Of a stretch of 38,822 nucleotides of DNA, positions 18,538 through 28,024 are shown piece by piece; positions within the stretch are counted from its first letter, which is position 1; each line of letters begins with the position of its first letter. Source of the stretch: an uncultured Endomicrobiia bacterium. GTDB lineage: Bacteria; Elusimicrobiota; Endomicrobiia; DTEH01. A program made the position numbers and the translations under genes. Where the stretch lies: assembly GCA_938074745.1 (NCBI GenBank), contig CALJEJ010000083.1, positions 1 to 38,822 on the forward strand, read 5' to 3'. The notes under the pieces were generated by a model that saw nothing but the letters and a program-made list of their open reading frames with translations, had not been told where the DNA came from and ran no database searches.

Positions 18538-19851
18538 TTACAACAAAGGTAAATATCTTTTTATCTCATAATCTGTAACTTGTTTTCTATATATATCCCA
18601 TTCAATTTTTTTATTTTCAATAAATTTGTTAAAAATATGTTCTCCTAAAATATCTTTTAGTAAAGTAGATTCTTCTGCAATTTCAATTGCTTCAATTAAC
18701 GATCCGGGCAGTTCTTCAATTTTTCTTGCCTTTCGTTCTATTTCTTCCATTTCATATGCTGAGACTTCTAATGGTTCAGGTAAAGGATATTTGTTTTTTA
18801 TTCCTTCTAATCCGGCACGAAGCATAACTGCAAATGCCAAATACGGGTTACACCCAGGGTCAGGAAAACGAACTTCTATCCGTGTAGCTTTTTCTTTCCC
18901 TGGTTTATATTCCGGGATACGGACCAATGCGGAACGGTTTTTCCTCGCCCAACAGATATATACTGGTGCTTCATATCCTGGCACTAACCGTTTATAAGAA
19001 TTTACCCATTGGTTTGTAACAATACAAATTTCTCTGGAATGTTTTAGTATTCCGGCAGTAAAATGTTTTGCAATATCAGATAAATGATATTCATCTTTTT
19101 CAGAGAAAAAAGCATTTTTTTCTCCACGGAACAAACTTTGGTGTACATGCATACCTGAACCGTTCAACGTTGAAATAGGCTTTGGCATAAAAGTTGCATA
19201 AACATTATTTTGTCGTGCAACTTCTTTTACTAAAACTTTATACAAGATAACTTTATCTGCCATCCTTAACGCTTCGTCATATTTTAGGTCAATTTCATGT
19301 TGACTTTCAGCAACTTCATGATGTGCATATTCAGCTTGTATGTTCATTGCAGCAAGATATTCCATTGTTTTTAATCGTAATTCAATTCCTGCATCTTCTC
19401 CTGGCATGTAGTCAAAATAACCTCCAACATCTAACGGTTCTGGGAATTTGTCTGTCTTAAAATAAAAATACTCTAATTCTGGACCTACATAATATGTATA
19501 TCCTTCTTTTTGTGCAATTGCTAAATTACGTTTAAGACAATACCGTGGGTCACCTTCGTACGGTTTTTTTTCTGGAGTGTAAATATCGCAGACCATCTTT
19601 GCAGTATTTTTTCTATAAGGTAAAATTTTAAAAGTATCAACATCAGGTTTTGCAATTAAATCTGATTCATAAATTCTTGCAAAACCTTCTACTGAAGAAC
19701 CGTCAAATCCCATGCCTGATTCTAACGCTTCTGGCAGCTCCTCGTTTGTGATAGTGAAAACCTTTACTCTTCCTAAAATATCTACGAACCATAATTCTAT
19801 AAATTTTATATCTTGCTGTTTTACTATCTTCAACACTTCTTCAGGTTGCAT
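18538..19851 (-). CDS. glnA: Glutamine synthetase type I
   Basis: 437 aa. IKFIELWFVDILG and MHVHQSL plus other GS signatures. Strong SD GGAGGAGAT before the ATG. Confidence 0.9.
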   Translation of the reverse strand: MQPEEVLKIVKQQDIKFIELWFVDILGRVKVFTITNEELPEALESGMGFDGSSVEGFARIYESDLIAKPDVDTFKILPYRKNTAKMVCDIYTPEKKPYEGDPRYCLKRNLAIAQKEGYTYYVGPELEYFYFKTDKFPEPLDVGGYFDYMPGEDAGIELRLKTMEYLAAMNIQAEYAHHEVAESQHEIDLKYDEALRMADKVILYKVLVKEVARQNNVYATFMPKPISTLNGSGMHVHQSLFRGEKNAFFSEKDEYHLSDIAKHFTAGILKHSREICIVTNQWVNSYKRLVPGYEAPVYICWARKNRSALVRIPEYKPGKEKATRIEVRFPDPGCNPYLAFAVMLRAGLEGIKNKYPLPEPLEVSAYEMEEIERKARKIEELPGSLIEAIEIAEESTLLKDILGEHIFNKFIENKKIEWDIYRKQVTDYEIKRYLPLL

Positions 19852-19952
19852 AATCTCCTCCTAAAATAGAATTATGTTTTAAAATATAAACAAATAAATT
19901 TATTTTTTCAATACTTGTAAAAAAAATAATAAATTTGTAGTATATCAAAAAT

Positions 19953-20648
19953 ATGAATAACTTAGATTTTAAAAAAATAAAATGTATTTTGTTTGATTTT
20001 GACGGATTAATTGTAGATACTGAATGGGTACACTATTATGCATTTAACAAATTGTTAAAGGAATATGGTATCAAAATTTCAAAACAGGAATATCTTAACA
20101 AATATCTTGCTTATGACGATAAAGGATGTTTCAAAGAAGTGTTTCAGCAAAAAAAGGGTATACGACTAACTACTAAAAATCTTCATAATTTGGTTGTTAA
20201 AAAAACTAAAATTTTAATGGCTGAACTTAAAAAAGGTGTTAAGGTTTACAATGATACTTTAGAATTTATCAATTGGATAACCCAAAATTATCCTGAAATA
20301 AAATTGGGGATTGTCTCAGGAGCATTAAAACATGAAATAAATTTTATACTTAAAAAATTAAAATTAACGAAAAAATTTTCTCTAATAATTTCTTCAGAAG
20401 ATGTGAAAAATGGCAAACCTTCAGCAGAACCTTTTATAAAAGCTAAAAAGATTATGGAAAAAATGTTAAACACGAAATTTGATAAAAAAGAAATTTTGGT
20501 TATAGAAGATGCAATAAATGGAATATTATCTGCTAAAAAAGCGGGATTGCCAACTTTGGCTGTGGCACATACATATTCTGTTAAAGAATTACAAAAAGTC
20601 AATTCTGATTTTGTAGTTAAATCTCTTACTGAAATAATCCCACTATAA
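19953..20648 (+). CDS. HAD-superfamily hydrolase (beta-phosphoglucomutase/phosphatase-like, subfamily IA)
   Basis: CILFDFDGLIVDTE (DxD motif I). C-terminal EDAINGILSAKKAG motif. Confidence 0.7.
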   Translation: MNNLDFKKIKCILFDFDGLIVDTEWVHYYAFNKLLKEYGIKISKQEYLNKYLAYDDKGCFKEVFQQKKGIRLTTKNLHNLVVKKTKILMAELKKGVKVYNDTLEFINWITQNYPEIKLGIVSGALKHEINFILKKLKLTKKFSLIISSEDVKNGKPSAEPFIKAKKIMEKMLNTKFDKKEILVIEDAINGILSAKKAGLPTLAVAHTYSVKELQKVNSDFVVKSLTEIIPL

Positions 20649-20684
20649 AAAATTTTCTGTATAAAATGGAGGTGATGATTTGAA

Positions 20685-21653
20685 ATGATAATTTATTGGA
20701 TTATAAGAGCCTTAATAATAATTTTGAGTAGTTTTATAGGTTTCCAAATACAAAAAAATTTTTTAGGTATTTTAATTGGCTTTTGTTTAAGTTTAGGGAT
20801 TGTGGTATTAGAACTTATTATTTCTAAAATCAAACTTGATACTTTAGTTATAGGATTAATTGGTGTTGTGTTAGGAATAGTTTTAGCACAATTGTTAGAT
20901 TATCTTATCTTTCTTTTAGAGGAACCGGTAATTTCTGATGTATTTCGTAAATATTTATGGGTAATAAGAATAGGTTTTGCATACTTAGGTTTATCAATTG
21001 CGATACAGAAAAAAACAGAGGTAGATCTGTTAGACAAAGACATTATAAAGAAAGGGAAAATTGAGAAAAGTCATTTGTTAATCCTTGATACCAGCATGAT
21101 AATAGATGGAAGAATTGTAGATATTTACGCAACAAAATTCATTGAAGGGCCAATGCTTGTCCCCAAGTTTGTCTTAAAAGAATTACAATTGTTGGCTGAT
21201 TCTCAAGAACATAACAAACGTCTAAGGGCAAAACGTGGATTAGAGATGTTAAATAAACTTAAAGAAGAAAAAGCAATAACTATTGTTGATATAGATTATC
21301 CTGAAATAAAGGAAACAGATGCAAAACTTATAAAATTGGCTAAAGAGATTAATGCCAAAATTCTTACTGTTGATTACAACCTTAACAAGATAGCTACTTT
21401 AGAAGGAATTGTTGTGCTTAATATAAATGATCTATCTAACGCATTAAAACCTGTATTTTTACCTGGGGAAAGTTTTGCAATCTATGTCTTAAAAGAAGGC
21501 AAGGATTTTAATCAAGGTGTAGGATATTTAGATGATGGGACTATGGTAGTAATAGAAGATGGCAGGAAATTTATTGGTAGAAAAATTGATGTCGTTGTAA
21601 CTTCGTCATTACAGACATCTTCAGGAAAAATTATTTTCACAAAACCGGCATAA
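20685..21653 (+). CDS. PIN/TRAM-domain protein, YacL-like
   Basis: N-terminal membrane helices, a PIN-like core (LILDTSMIIDGRI), and a C-terminal TRAM-like beta domain (GESFAIYVLKEGKDFNQGVGYLDDGTMVVIE). It lies immediately upstream of ispD/ispF, as yacL does in Bacillus. Confidence 0.65.
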   Translation: MIIYWIIRALIIILSSFIGFQIQKNFLGILIGFCLSLGIVVLELIISKIKLDTLVIGLIGVVLGIVLAQLLDYLIFLLEEPVISDVFRKYLWVIRIGFAYLGLSIAIQKKTEVDLLDKDIIKKGKIEKSHLLILDTSMIIDGRIVDIYATKFIEGPMLVPKFVLKELQLLADSQEHNKRLRAKRGLEMLNKLKEEKAITIVDIDYPEIKETDAKLIKLAKEINAKILTVDYNLNKIATLEGIVVLNINDLSNALKPVFLPGESFAIYVLKEGKDFNQGVGYLDDGTMVVIEDGRKFIGRKIDVVVTSSLQTSSGKIIFTKPA

Positions 21654-21665
21654 AATATAACCTAA

Positions 21666-22364
21666 ATGAGACTTGCCGTTATACTTCTTGCAGCAGGTAA
21701 AAGTAAAAGGTTTAAAACAAAAAAAAATGATATAAAAAAACAGTTCGTTGTAATACAGAATAAATCTTTAATAGAATACTCTCTTGACACATTTTCTAAA
21801 ATTCCGTATGTGAAACAGATCATTGTAGTTGTTGCTAAAAATGACGTTGAAAAAGTTAGACATTTGTTAAGAAAATATAATATTGAAATTATAATTGGTG
21901 GTAAACAACGATATAATTCGGTTTGTAATGGTGTAAAAGTAATAGACAAAAATATTGATTATGTATTAATTCATGATGCAGCACGACCATTGGTAAACAA
22001 AGATTTAGTTTTTAGATGTTTACAAAAAATAAAATATTATGATTGTGTAATACCAGCAGTCCCAGTTACAGATACAATAAAGATTGTAAATAAAAACCAT
22101 GAAGTTGTTCAAACAGTAGATAGAAAAAAATTTTTTTTAGTTCAGACACCACAAGTATTTAAGAAAAATGTCATAGATAAAATTTATTCAGAAAAAATAA
22201 TAAACAAATGGACTAAAAAATTACAGTATGATATTACTGACGATGCGCAATTAGCAGAACTTGAAGGGTTTACAGTAAAAATTGTGCCGGGCGAGAAAAA
22301 AAATATTAAAATTACAACACAGCAAGATTTACAATTGATGAAGTTTTATTTAACTCACAAATGA
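21666..22364 (+). CDS. ispD: 2-C-methyl-D-erythritol 4-phosphate cytidylyltransferase
   Basis: MRLAVILLAAGKSKRF N-terminus. 232 aa. Overlaps ispF (ATGA). Confidence 0.8.
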   Translation: MRLAVILLAAGKSKRFKTKKNDIKKQFVVIQNKSLIEYSLDTFSKIPYVKQIIVVVAKNDVEKVRHLLRKYNIEIIIGGKQRYNSVCNGVKVIDKNIDYVLIHDAARPLVNKDLVFRCLQKIKYYDCVIPAVPVTDTIKIVNKNHEVVQTVDRKKFFLVQTPQVFKKNVIDKIYSEKIINKWTKKLQYDITDDAQLAELEGFTVKIVPGEKKNIKITTQQDLQLMKFYLTHK

Positions 22365-22843
22365 ACAAAATTGACCACTACAGGGTAGGTATAGGCTACG
22401 ATTCACATAAATTTGTAAAAGGTAAAAAGTTTTTTCTGTGTGGTAAAGAAATAGATTTTCCTTACGGTCTTAAGGGACATTCTGATGCTGATGTAGTGTT
22501 GCATTCAATTTGTGATGCTTTACTTGGTGCTTGTGGGTTGCCTGACATTGGCGAACTTTTTCCTGATACTGATATAAAAACAAAAGGTATTTCAAGTAGA
22601 AAGATTGTGTCAAAAGTGTTAAAATTGCTTAAAAATGAAAAGTTTAAAATTGTTAATATTGATGTTGTAATAGTATGTGATAAGTTTAAAATAAGTCCAA
22701 TGAAAGAAAAACTTCTTGCATCATTAAAAAAAATTTTCAAAATTGAAAATATTAATATCAAAGGGAAAACTACTGAAAATGAATCTAAAGAATATATATA
22801 CGTTTATTCCATAGTTCTTGTGAAAAAATATGAAAGTTTATAA
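22361..22843 (+). CDS. ispF: 2-C-methyl-D-erythritol 2,4-cyclodiphosphate synthase
   Basis: YRVGIGYDSHKF and HSDADVVLHSICDALLGA motifs. 160 aa. Confidence 0.85.
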   Translation: MNKIDHYRVGIGYDSHKFVKGKKFFLCGKEIDFPYGLKGHSDADVVLHSICDALLGACGLPDIGELFPDTDIKTKGISSRKIVSKVLKLLKNEKFKIVNIDVVIVCDKFKISPMKEKLLASLKKIFKIENINIKGKTTENESKEYIYVYSIVLVKKYESL

Positions 22844-24212
22844 TACATTGACACAAAAAATTGAAGAATTTGTCCCGTTAAATAATAACGAAGTGAAAAT
22901 GTATGTTTGTGGTATCACACCTTATGATGAAGTTCATTTAGGTCATGCAAGGTGTTATGTAGCTTTTGATGTTATTCGTAGATATCTTAAATATAAAGGT
23001 TATAAGATACACTATGTACAAAATTTCACAGATGTAGATGACAAAATTATTACAAGAGCAAAAGAACTTAACATCCATCCTAAAGAACTTACACAAAGAT
23101 ATATTACTTCATATTTTGAAATAGAAAAATTGTTAAACATTCAGCCAGCATCGTACTATCCTAAAGTAACAGAACATATAGATGACATTATTACTGCTAT
23201 AGAAAAACTTTTAAATTTAAATATAGCATATATTACTAAAACTGGAGTCTACTATGATGTTTCAAAGTTTCATGATTATGGTAAACTCTCAAAACGAAAT
23301 ATTAACGAATTAATTTCTGGAGTACGAGTGGAACCCGATGAAACAAAAAAATCGCCATTAGATTTTGCTTTGTGGAAATTTTCTACAGATGATGTTTGTT
23401 GGTTTTCACCTTGGGGTAAAGGTAGGCCAGGATGGCATATAGAATGTTCAGTAATGAGCCAGAAATATTTGGGTGAAACTTTAGACATTCATGGTGGTGG
23501 TCAAGACTTGATTTTTCCACATCATGAAAACGAAATTGCACAATCTGAAATGTTAACCGGGAAAACTTTTGTACGTTACTGGTTACACAATGGTTTTGTC
23601 ACTGTAAATAAAGAAAAAATGTCAAAATCATTAAAAAATTTTTTTGTGTTGAAAGAAATTTTTAACGAATATGAACCTATGGTAGTACGGTTGTTTCTTA
23701 TTTCTCAACACTACCGTGGCCCTATAGATTTTTCATTAGATAAAATAAAACAATTTGTAGCTGTATATAAAAAGTTTGTTAATACAAAAGAAGATATAGA
23801 ATACCGAATTTGTTTTGCTAAAGATTCTGTTGAACCAGAGCAAAACGTGATTTCAGAAGTAGAAGTTATATTGAAAGAATTTGAATCAACAATGGAAGAA
23901 GATTTTAACACCTCTAAAGCGTTAAGTGTAATACATAAACTAATCAATTTTGTTAATACAGTAAGGACAAATAATAAACAAACATTGATGTTTTTTTATG
24001 AGAAATATTTGCTTTTAATGGATATTTTAGGTATCAAACTTCCTGAAAAAATTGTAATTCCACAAGAAATTTTATTATTACTCAATGAACGTGAAACTGC
24101 ACGAAAAAATAAAGATTTTGTAACTTCTGACAAGTTAAGAAAAGAAATTTTTGACAAAGGTTATATTGTGGAAGACACACCGTTTGGCCCTCGGATAAAA
24201 AAAAGAATATAA
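22830..24212 (+). CDS. cysS: Cysteine--tRNA ligase
   Basis: MYVCGITPYDEVHLGHAR (HIGH motif), KMSKS, and the Zn-binding Cys. 460 aa. Confidence 0.9.
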   Translation: MKVYNTLTQKIEEFVPLNNNEVKMYVCGITPYDEVHLGHARCYVAFDVIRRYLKYKGYKIHYVQNFTDVDDKIITRAKELNIHPKELTQRYITSYFEIEKLLNIQPASYYPKVTEHIDDIITAIEKLLNLNIAYITKTGVYYDVSKFHDYGKLSKRNINELISGVRVEPDETKKSPLDFALWKFSTDDVCWFSPWGKGRPGWHIECSVMSQKYLGETLDIHGGGQDLIFPHHENEIAQSEMLTGKTFVRYWLHNGFVTVNKEKMSKSLKNFFVLKEIFNEYEPMVVRLFLISQHYRGPIDFSLDKIKQFVAVYKKFVNTKEDIEYRICFAKDSVEPEQNVISEVEVILKEFESTMEEDFNTSKALSVIHKLINFVNTVRTNNKQTLMFFYEKYLLLMDILGIKLPEKIVIPQEILLLLNERETARKNKDFVTSDKLRKEIFDKGYIVEDTPFGPRIKKRI

Positions 24213-24268
24213 ATTTCTTAGCTGAGATTTGTTAAACAAAAATATGACACAATAGGGTAAATAATTTT

Positions 24269-25009
24269 ATGGAAAATTATGTTACTACTAAATATATAAT
24301 CAAAGAATTATTACAAACTGTCCCCGAGCAGATAAATAAACTTTACATTGCTCAAGATGTTAAAGAAAACGTTAAAGAAATAATTTCAATTGCAAAACAA
24401 CATAAAGTTTCATATTATTTTGTGCCAAAACAAAAAATTATATCACTCTATAATAAAAATTATAGTGGCTTTCTTGCTGTACTTTCAGCTGTGCGATATT
24501 ATACAGTTGAAGAAATTTTGAATATTACTAAAAATAAAAAATTCACAATAATTTTAATATTAGACGAAATCACTGACCCACAAAATTTCGCTGCTATACT
24601 AAGAAACGCAGTTGCATTTGAAGTTTCTGCTGTAGTGATACAACAATGGAATCAAGCACAAGTAAATCAGACTGTAGTGGAATCATCCCGTGGTGCAGCT
24701 AAAATAGTACCTATAGTAAAAGAAAAGAATATTTATACTGCAATAAAGAAGTTGAAAAAAGAAAATTTCAACATCTATGCAACTATGCCAATGTCTACAA
24801 ATTTTAACAAAACGATAGAGTTATCTAAATTAAATTTTGAAAAAATAGCAATTGTATTAGGAAATGAACACAAAGGGATTAGAAAAAATATCCTCAACGA
24901 ATGTGATGGCTTTATCACTATCCCACATTCAATTAAAATCCAATCGTTAAATGTAAGTGTTGCCTGTGGGATAGTTTTATACGAATTGTATAAAATCTGT
25001 TTCTCTTGA
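24269..25009 (+). CDS. rlmB: TrmH/SpoU-family RNA 2'-O-methyltransferase (RlmB/YacO-like)
   Basis: 246 aa. SPOUT motifs: ILDEITDPQNFAAILRNA, VLGNEHKGI, IPHSIKIQSLNVSVACGIVLYE. Position after cysS matches yacO. Confidence 0.7.
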   Translation: MENYVTTKYIIKELLQTVPEQINKLYIAQDVKENVKEIISIAKQHKVSYYFVPKQKIISLYNKNYSGFLAVLSAVRYYTVEEILNITKNKKFTIILILDEITDPQNFAAILRNAVAFEVSAVVIQQWNQAQVNQTVVESSRGAAKIVPIVKEKNIYTAIKKLKKENFNIYATMPMSTNFNKTIELSKLNFEKIAIVLGNEHKGIRKNILNECDGFITIPHSIKIQSLNVSVACGIVLYELYKICFS

Positions 25010-25282
25010 AAAATGTAGTAGCAAAACGTTACTGTTGTGAAGTTACAACAAGAAAAGACTTGACATAATAAAAAAAATTTGGTAGAGAAATTGTAACCAA
25101 TTTTGTAGTGTGATAGTTTAGCAATATATAGTGTTTGCTAAATAAAATATCATTTCGGTTCTGAAAAGAACTTTTGCTGGATGAATTAATCACTTTCCAC
25201 GTAAAAAATAGGTTGTTTTTTTAAAAAGTCTGCTTACAAGGTAACTTCTAAACAAAATATAACAGATACTAAAATATTAACT

Positions 25283-25355
25283 GGTGCGGTACCCAAGTAG
25301 ATAAGGGAGCGGTCTGCAAAACCGCGATTCGTGGGTGCAAATCCCACCCGCACCT
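25283..25355 (+). tRNA. tRNA-Cys (anticodon GCA)
   Basis: Hand-folded cloverleaf. Acceptor GGTGCGG/CCGCACC. Anticodon stem GCGGT/ACCGC with loop CTGCAAA. T arm GTGGG-TGCAAAT-CCCAC. U73 discriminator, which is a Cys identity element. No encoded CCA. 73 nt. Confidence 0.75.
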
Positions 25356-25422
25356 TTTAGGATAAAAACTAAATTTACAATGATACACTTCAAACTCTTC
25401 TAAAAACAGTAAATAACAGAGA

Positions 25423-27030
25423 ATGCTGAACATGTTAATTTATATTATTACCGTAATTTCTATTTTTGTTTTAGGTTATATATTTTATGGTAAATTTTTA
25501 GAAAAAAACTATAATGTAACCGAGGATGAACCAGTACCGTCAAAAAAATGTTATGACGGTATAGATTTTGTCCCTACGAACAAATTTGTCCTTATAGGGC
25601 ACCATTTTTCGTCGATAGCTGGTGCTGGTCCTATTGTTGGTCCGATAATTGCAGGGATTACGTTTGGTTGGTTACCGACAATTTTGTGGATTGTTTTAGG
25701 GACGATATTTATTGGCGGAGTACATGATTTTTCATCTTTGATAGTTTCAGTTCGTCATGAAGGTAAATCTATTGCTGAGATTGCCAATAGATATGTTAAC
25801 AAAAACACATATAAGTTGTTACTTACTTTTATTTGGTTTGCTTTGATGTATGTTGTAGCTGTTTTTACTGACCTTGCTGCGGAAACTTTTGCTAAACAAC
25901 CTTCGGTAGCAGAAGTTAGTATAATATATATCTTATTGGCAATAATTTTTGGTTTGTTAATTTATAAGGTAAAGTTTAACCTGACAATTTCTACAATAAT
26001 TTCGTTAGTACTCATAATAGGTGGAATAATTTTTTGTCTTCAAACACAAGTTTTATGTCTAGCAAAACAAACTTGGATTATAATTTTGTTAATGTATTGC
26101 TTTTTAGCATCAATATTGCCTGTGTGGATATTGTTACAACCACGGGATTATTTATCAAGTTATTTACTTTATTTTTCTGTTTTAATAGGTCTAATAGGAA
26201 CAATTTTTGGTAAATACCATATTTCTTACCCAATATTTAAAGGTTTTAATTCTGTTTCAATAGGTCCTATGGTACCATTTATATTTATTACAGTAGCATG
26301 TGGTGCGGTATCAGGGTTCCATTCATTAGTGTCTTCTGGAACAACTTCTAAACAGTTAGATAACATAAAAAATGCGAGGTTTGTATCTTATGGTGGAATG
26401 ATTTTAGAAGGTATAGTAGCAACAATAGCGTTAAGCACAGTGATGATTTTACAAAAAGATAGTGGAGTTGTTTCAAAACCACCTTCTGAAATTTATGCTT
26501 ATGGACTTAGCAATTTTATTTCTTTATTAGGGATAAATCCTGAAATTGGTAAGATATTTGGCCTTTTAGTTATTTCAGCATTTATATTGACTACTTTAGA
26601 TACTGCAACACGAATTTCACGATATGTGTTTGGAGAGTTGATGGGAATTAAATCAAATTCAATTTTATCCCGTAGTGCTTCTACAATAATTTCTTTAATA
26701 TTACCTGTAATATTGGTGAACCTGAAATTATCAGATTCTTCTGGGAATATTACTCCTTGTTGGAAAATAATTTGGCCGTTGTTCGGTTCTACTAACCAAT
26801 TACTTGCTGCGTTAGTACTTTTAGTGATTTATCTTTGGGCAAGAAAAACTGGTGTAAAAAATACTTTAGCCATTTTTATTCCTACGGTTTTTATGTTAGT
26901 TATGACTTTTTTAGCGTTGGGAAGTATGGTGTTTAAAAATGTTGTGTCTTTAATATCAACAATTTTGTTTTTGTTATCTATAGTAGTTATTGTTGAAGTG
27001 GTAAAAACAGTGTTTATAAGAAAAACTTGA
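25423..27030 (+). CDS. cstA: Carbon starvation protein A family peptide/pyruvate transporter
   Basis: 535 aa polytopic membrane protein with CstA signatures (HHFSSIAGAGPIVGP, GGVHDFSSL, GFHSLVSSGTTSKQ). Confidence 0.8.
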   Translation: MLNMLIYIITVISIFVLGYIFYGKFLEKNYNVTEDEPVPSKKCYDGIDFVPTNKFVLIGHHFSSIAGAGPIVGPIIAGITFGWLPTILWIVLGTIFIGGVHDFSSLIVSVRHEGKSIAEIANRYVNKNTYKLLLTFIWFALMYVVAVFTDLAAETFAKQPSVAEVSIIYILLAIIFGLLIYKVKFNLTISTIISLVLIIGGIIFCLQTQVLCLAKQTWIIILLMYCFLASILPVWILLQPRDYLSSYLLYFSVLIGLIGTIFGKYHISYPIFKGFNSVSIGPMVPFIFITVACGAVSGFHSLVSSGTTSKQLDNIKNARFVSYGGMILEGIVATIALSTVMILQKDSGVVSKPPSEIYAYGLSNFISLLGINPEIGKIFGLLVISAFILTTLDTATRISRYVFGELMGIKSNSILSRSASTIISLILPVILVNLKLSDSSGNITPCWKIIWPLFGSTNQLLAALVLLVIYLWARKTGVKNTLAIFIPTVFMLVMTFLALGSMVFKNVVSLISTILFLLSIVVIVEVVKTVFIRKT

Positions 27031-27093
27031 TTAGTTTTAAAGAGGAGCTAGTATTTATTCTTAAGAAATTATCTCAATTTGGTAGAGAATTAA

Positions 27094-28020
27094 CTATAGT
27101 TTTGTAGTTGCAGGCATATTATATTTTTTTGAGTATTTTTTGATAATTTCAAATGCAAAATTGTAAATTGTATCTTGATCAATATTTTCATGTAAATAAC
27201 ACAAGGCGGTAGGTCCAGGGAAAGTAGGAGAAATTAGTAAATGTTTACCTTTCACAAAATACGATTGTAGAATTTTATTTTCTTGTTCATCTCTGCCAAC
27301 AATAATTTTTGTAGTATACCCATCTTTAGAAAAATAAAAATGTCTACCATAACGTAACAAAATAATATCTTCTGTTGTAAAGTTTTTATAATGTTGTAAA
27401 AACTCTTTCATTCGTTGAATAAAATTTTGGTCAATTAAAAGACAACCACAACCTGTAGAAATATCTTGTATACCATATTTTTTTGCTAATTCAATTTGTA
27501 TTTTTCTTGTTCTACCAGTAATTGATAACAATTTATTTCTGTCTATTATACCATATTTTTCAGGCAATGTTTCAGCTAAAAGTTTACCACATAATGGACG
27601 AACTACTAACCCTTCTACACCAGCATTTCTTTCTATAAGTTCAATTTGCCATTTATGTTGGCTCATAGGCCGTTGTTTTAACACTTCGCCTGTAGCAATA
27701 AAACTTGCGTTTATTTCTTGCATATACTCTTTTGCTTTCCTGAATAAAAAGATTCTACAATCAATACAAGGATTCATTCCGGAACCATAACCATATTTTG
27801 GGTTAAGAATAATATTGATATAATCTTCTTTGGCAAAATAATGTTTTAACGGGTTACCTATCATATTTATAGTTTCCATACAACGTGTGGATTCTTTACA
27901 TTGACAAAATGGAGTTACCATTTTGAACGGGAATATTTCTATTTTTTGTTCTTTTAACAAATATGCTGCAAGTGTACTGTCTAACCCGCCAGAATATAGT
28001 AGCACGCATCTATTGTTCAT
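27094..28020 (-). CDS. PP-loop superfamily ATP pyrophosphatase, Cys-rich (TtcA/TtuA/ThiI-like tRNA-thiolation-type enzyme)
   Basis: N-terminal LLYSGGLDSTLAAY (the SGGxDS PP-loop). Several Cys pairs (PFCQC, CIDC, GCGC). 308 aa. Exact subfamily not resolved. Confidence 0.5.
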   Translation of the reverse strand: MNNRCVLLYSGGLDSTLAAYLLKEQKIEIFPFKMVTPFCQCKESTRCMETINMIGNPLKHYFAKEDYINIILNPKYGYGSGMNPCIDCRIFLFRKAKEYMQEINASFIATGEVLKQRPMSQHKWQIELIERNAGVEGLVVRPLCGKLLAETLPEKYGIIDRNKLLSITGRTRKIQIELAKKYGIQDISTGCGCLLIDQNFIQRMKEFLQHYKNFTTEDIILLRYGRHFYFSKDGYTTKIIVGRDEQENKILQSYFVKGKHLLISPTFPGPTALCYLHENIDQDTIYNFAFEIIKKYSKKYNMPATTKL

Positions 28021-28024
28021 ATTT

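Noticed and set aside
24213-24268. Imperfect palindrome AAATTTCTTAGCTGAGATTT after cysS as terminator or operator
   Set aside because: It is only a 4-bp stem with a G·U pair around AGCT and has no T-run. Most likely chance.
25033-25050. Hairpin TGTTGT-GAAGTT-ACAACA right after the rlmB stop as an intrinsic terminator
   Set aside because: The stem is only 6 bp and AT-rich, and AGAAAAG follows rather than a U-run. It is not a convincing Rho-independent terminator. It is noted inside the spacer finding instead.
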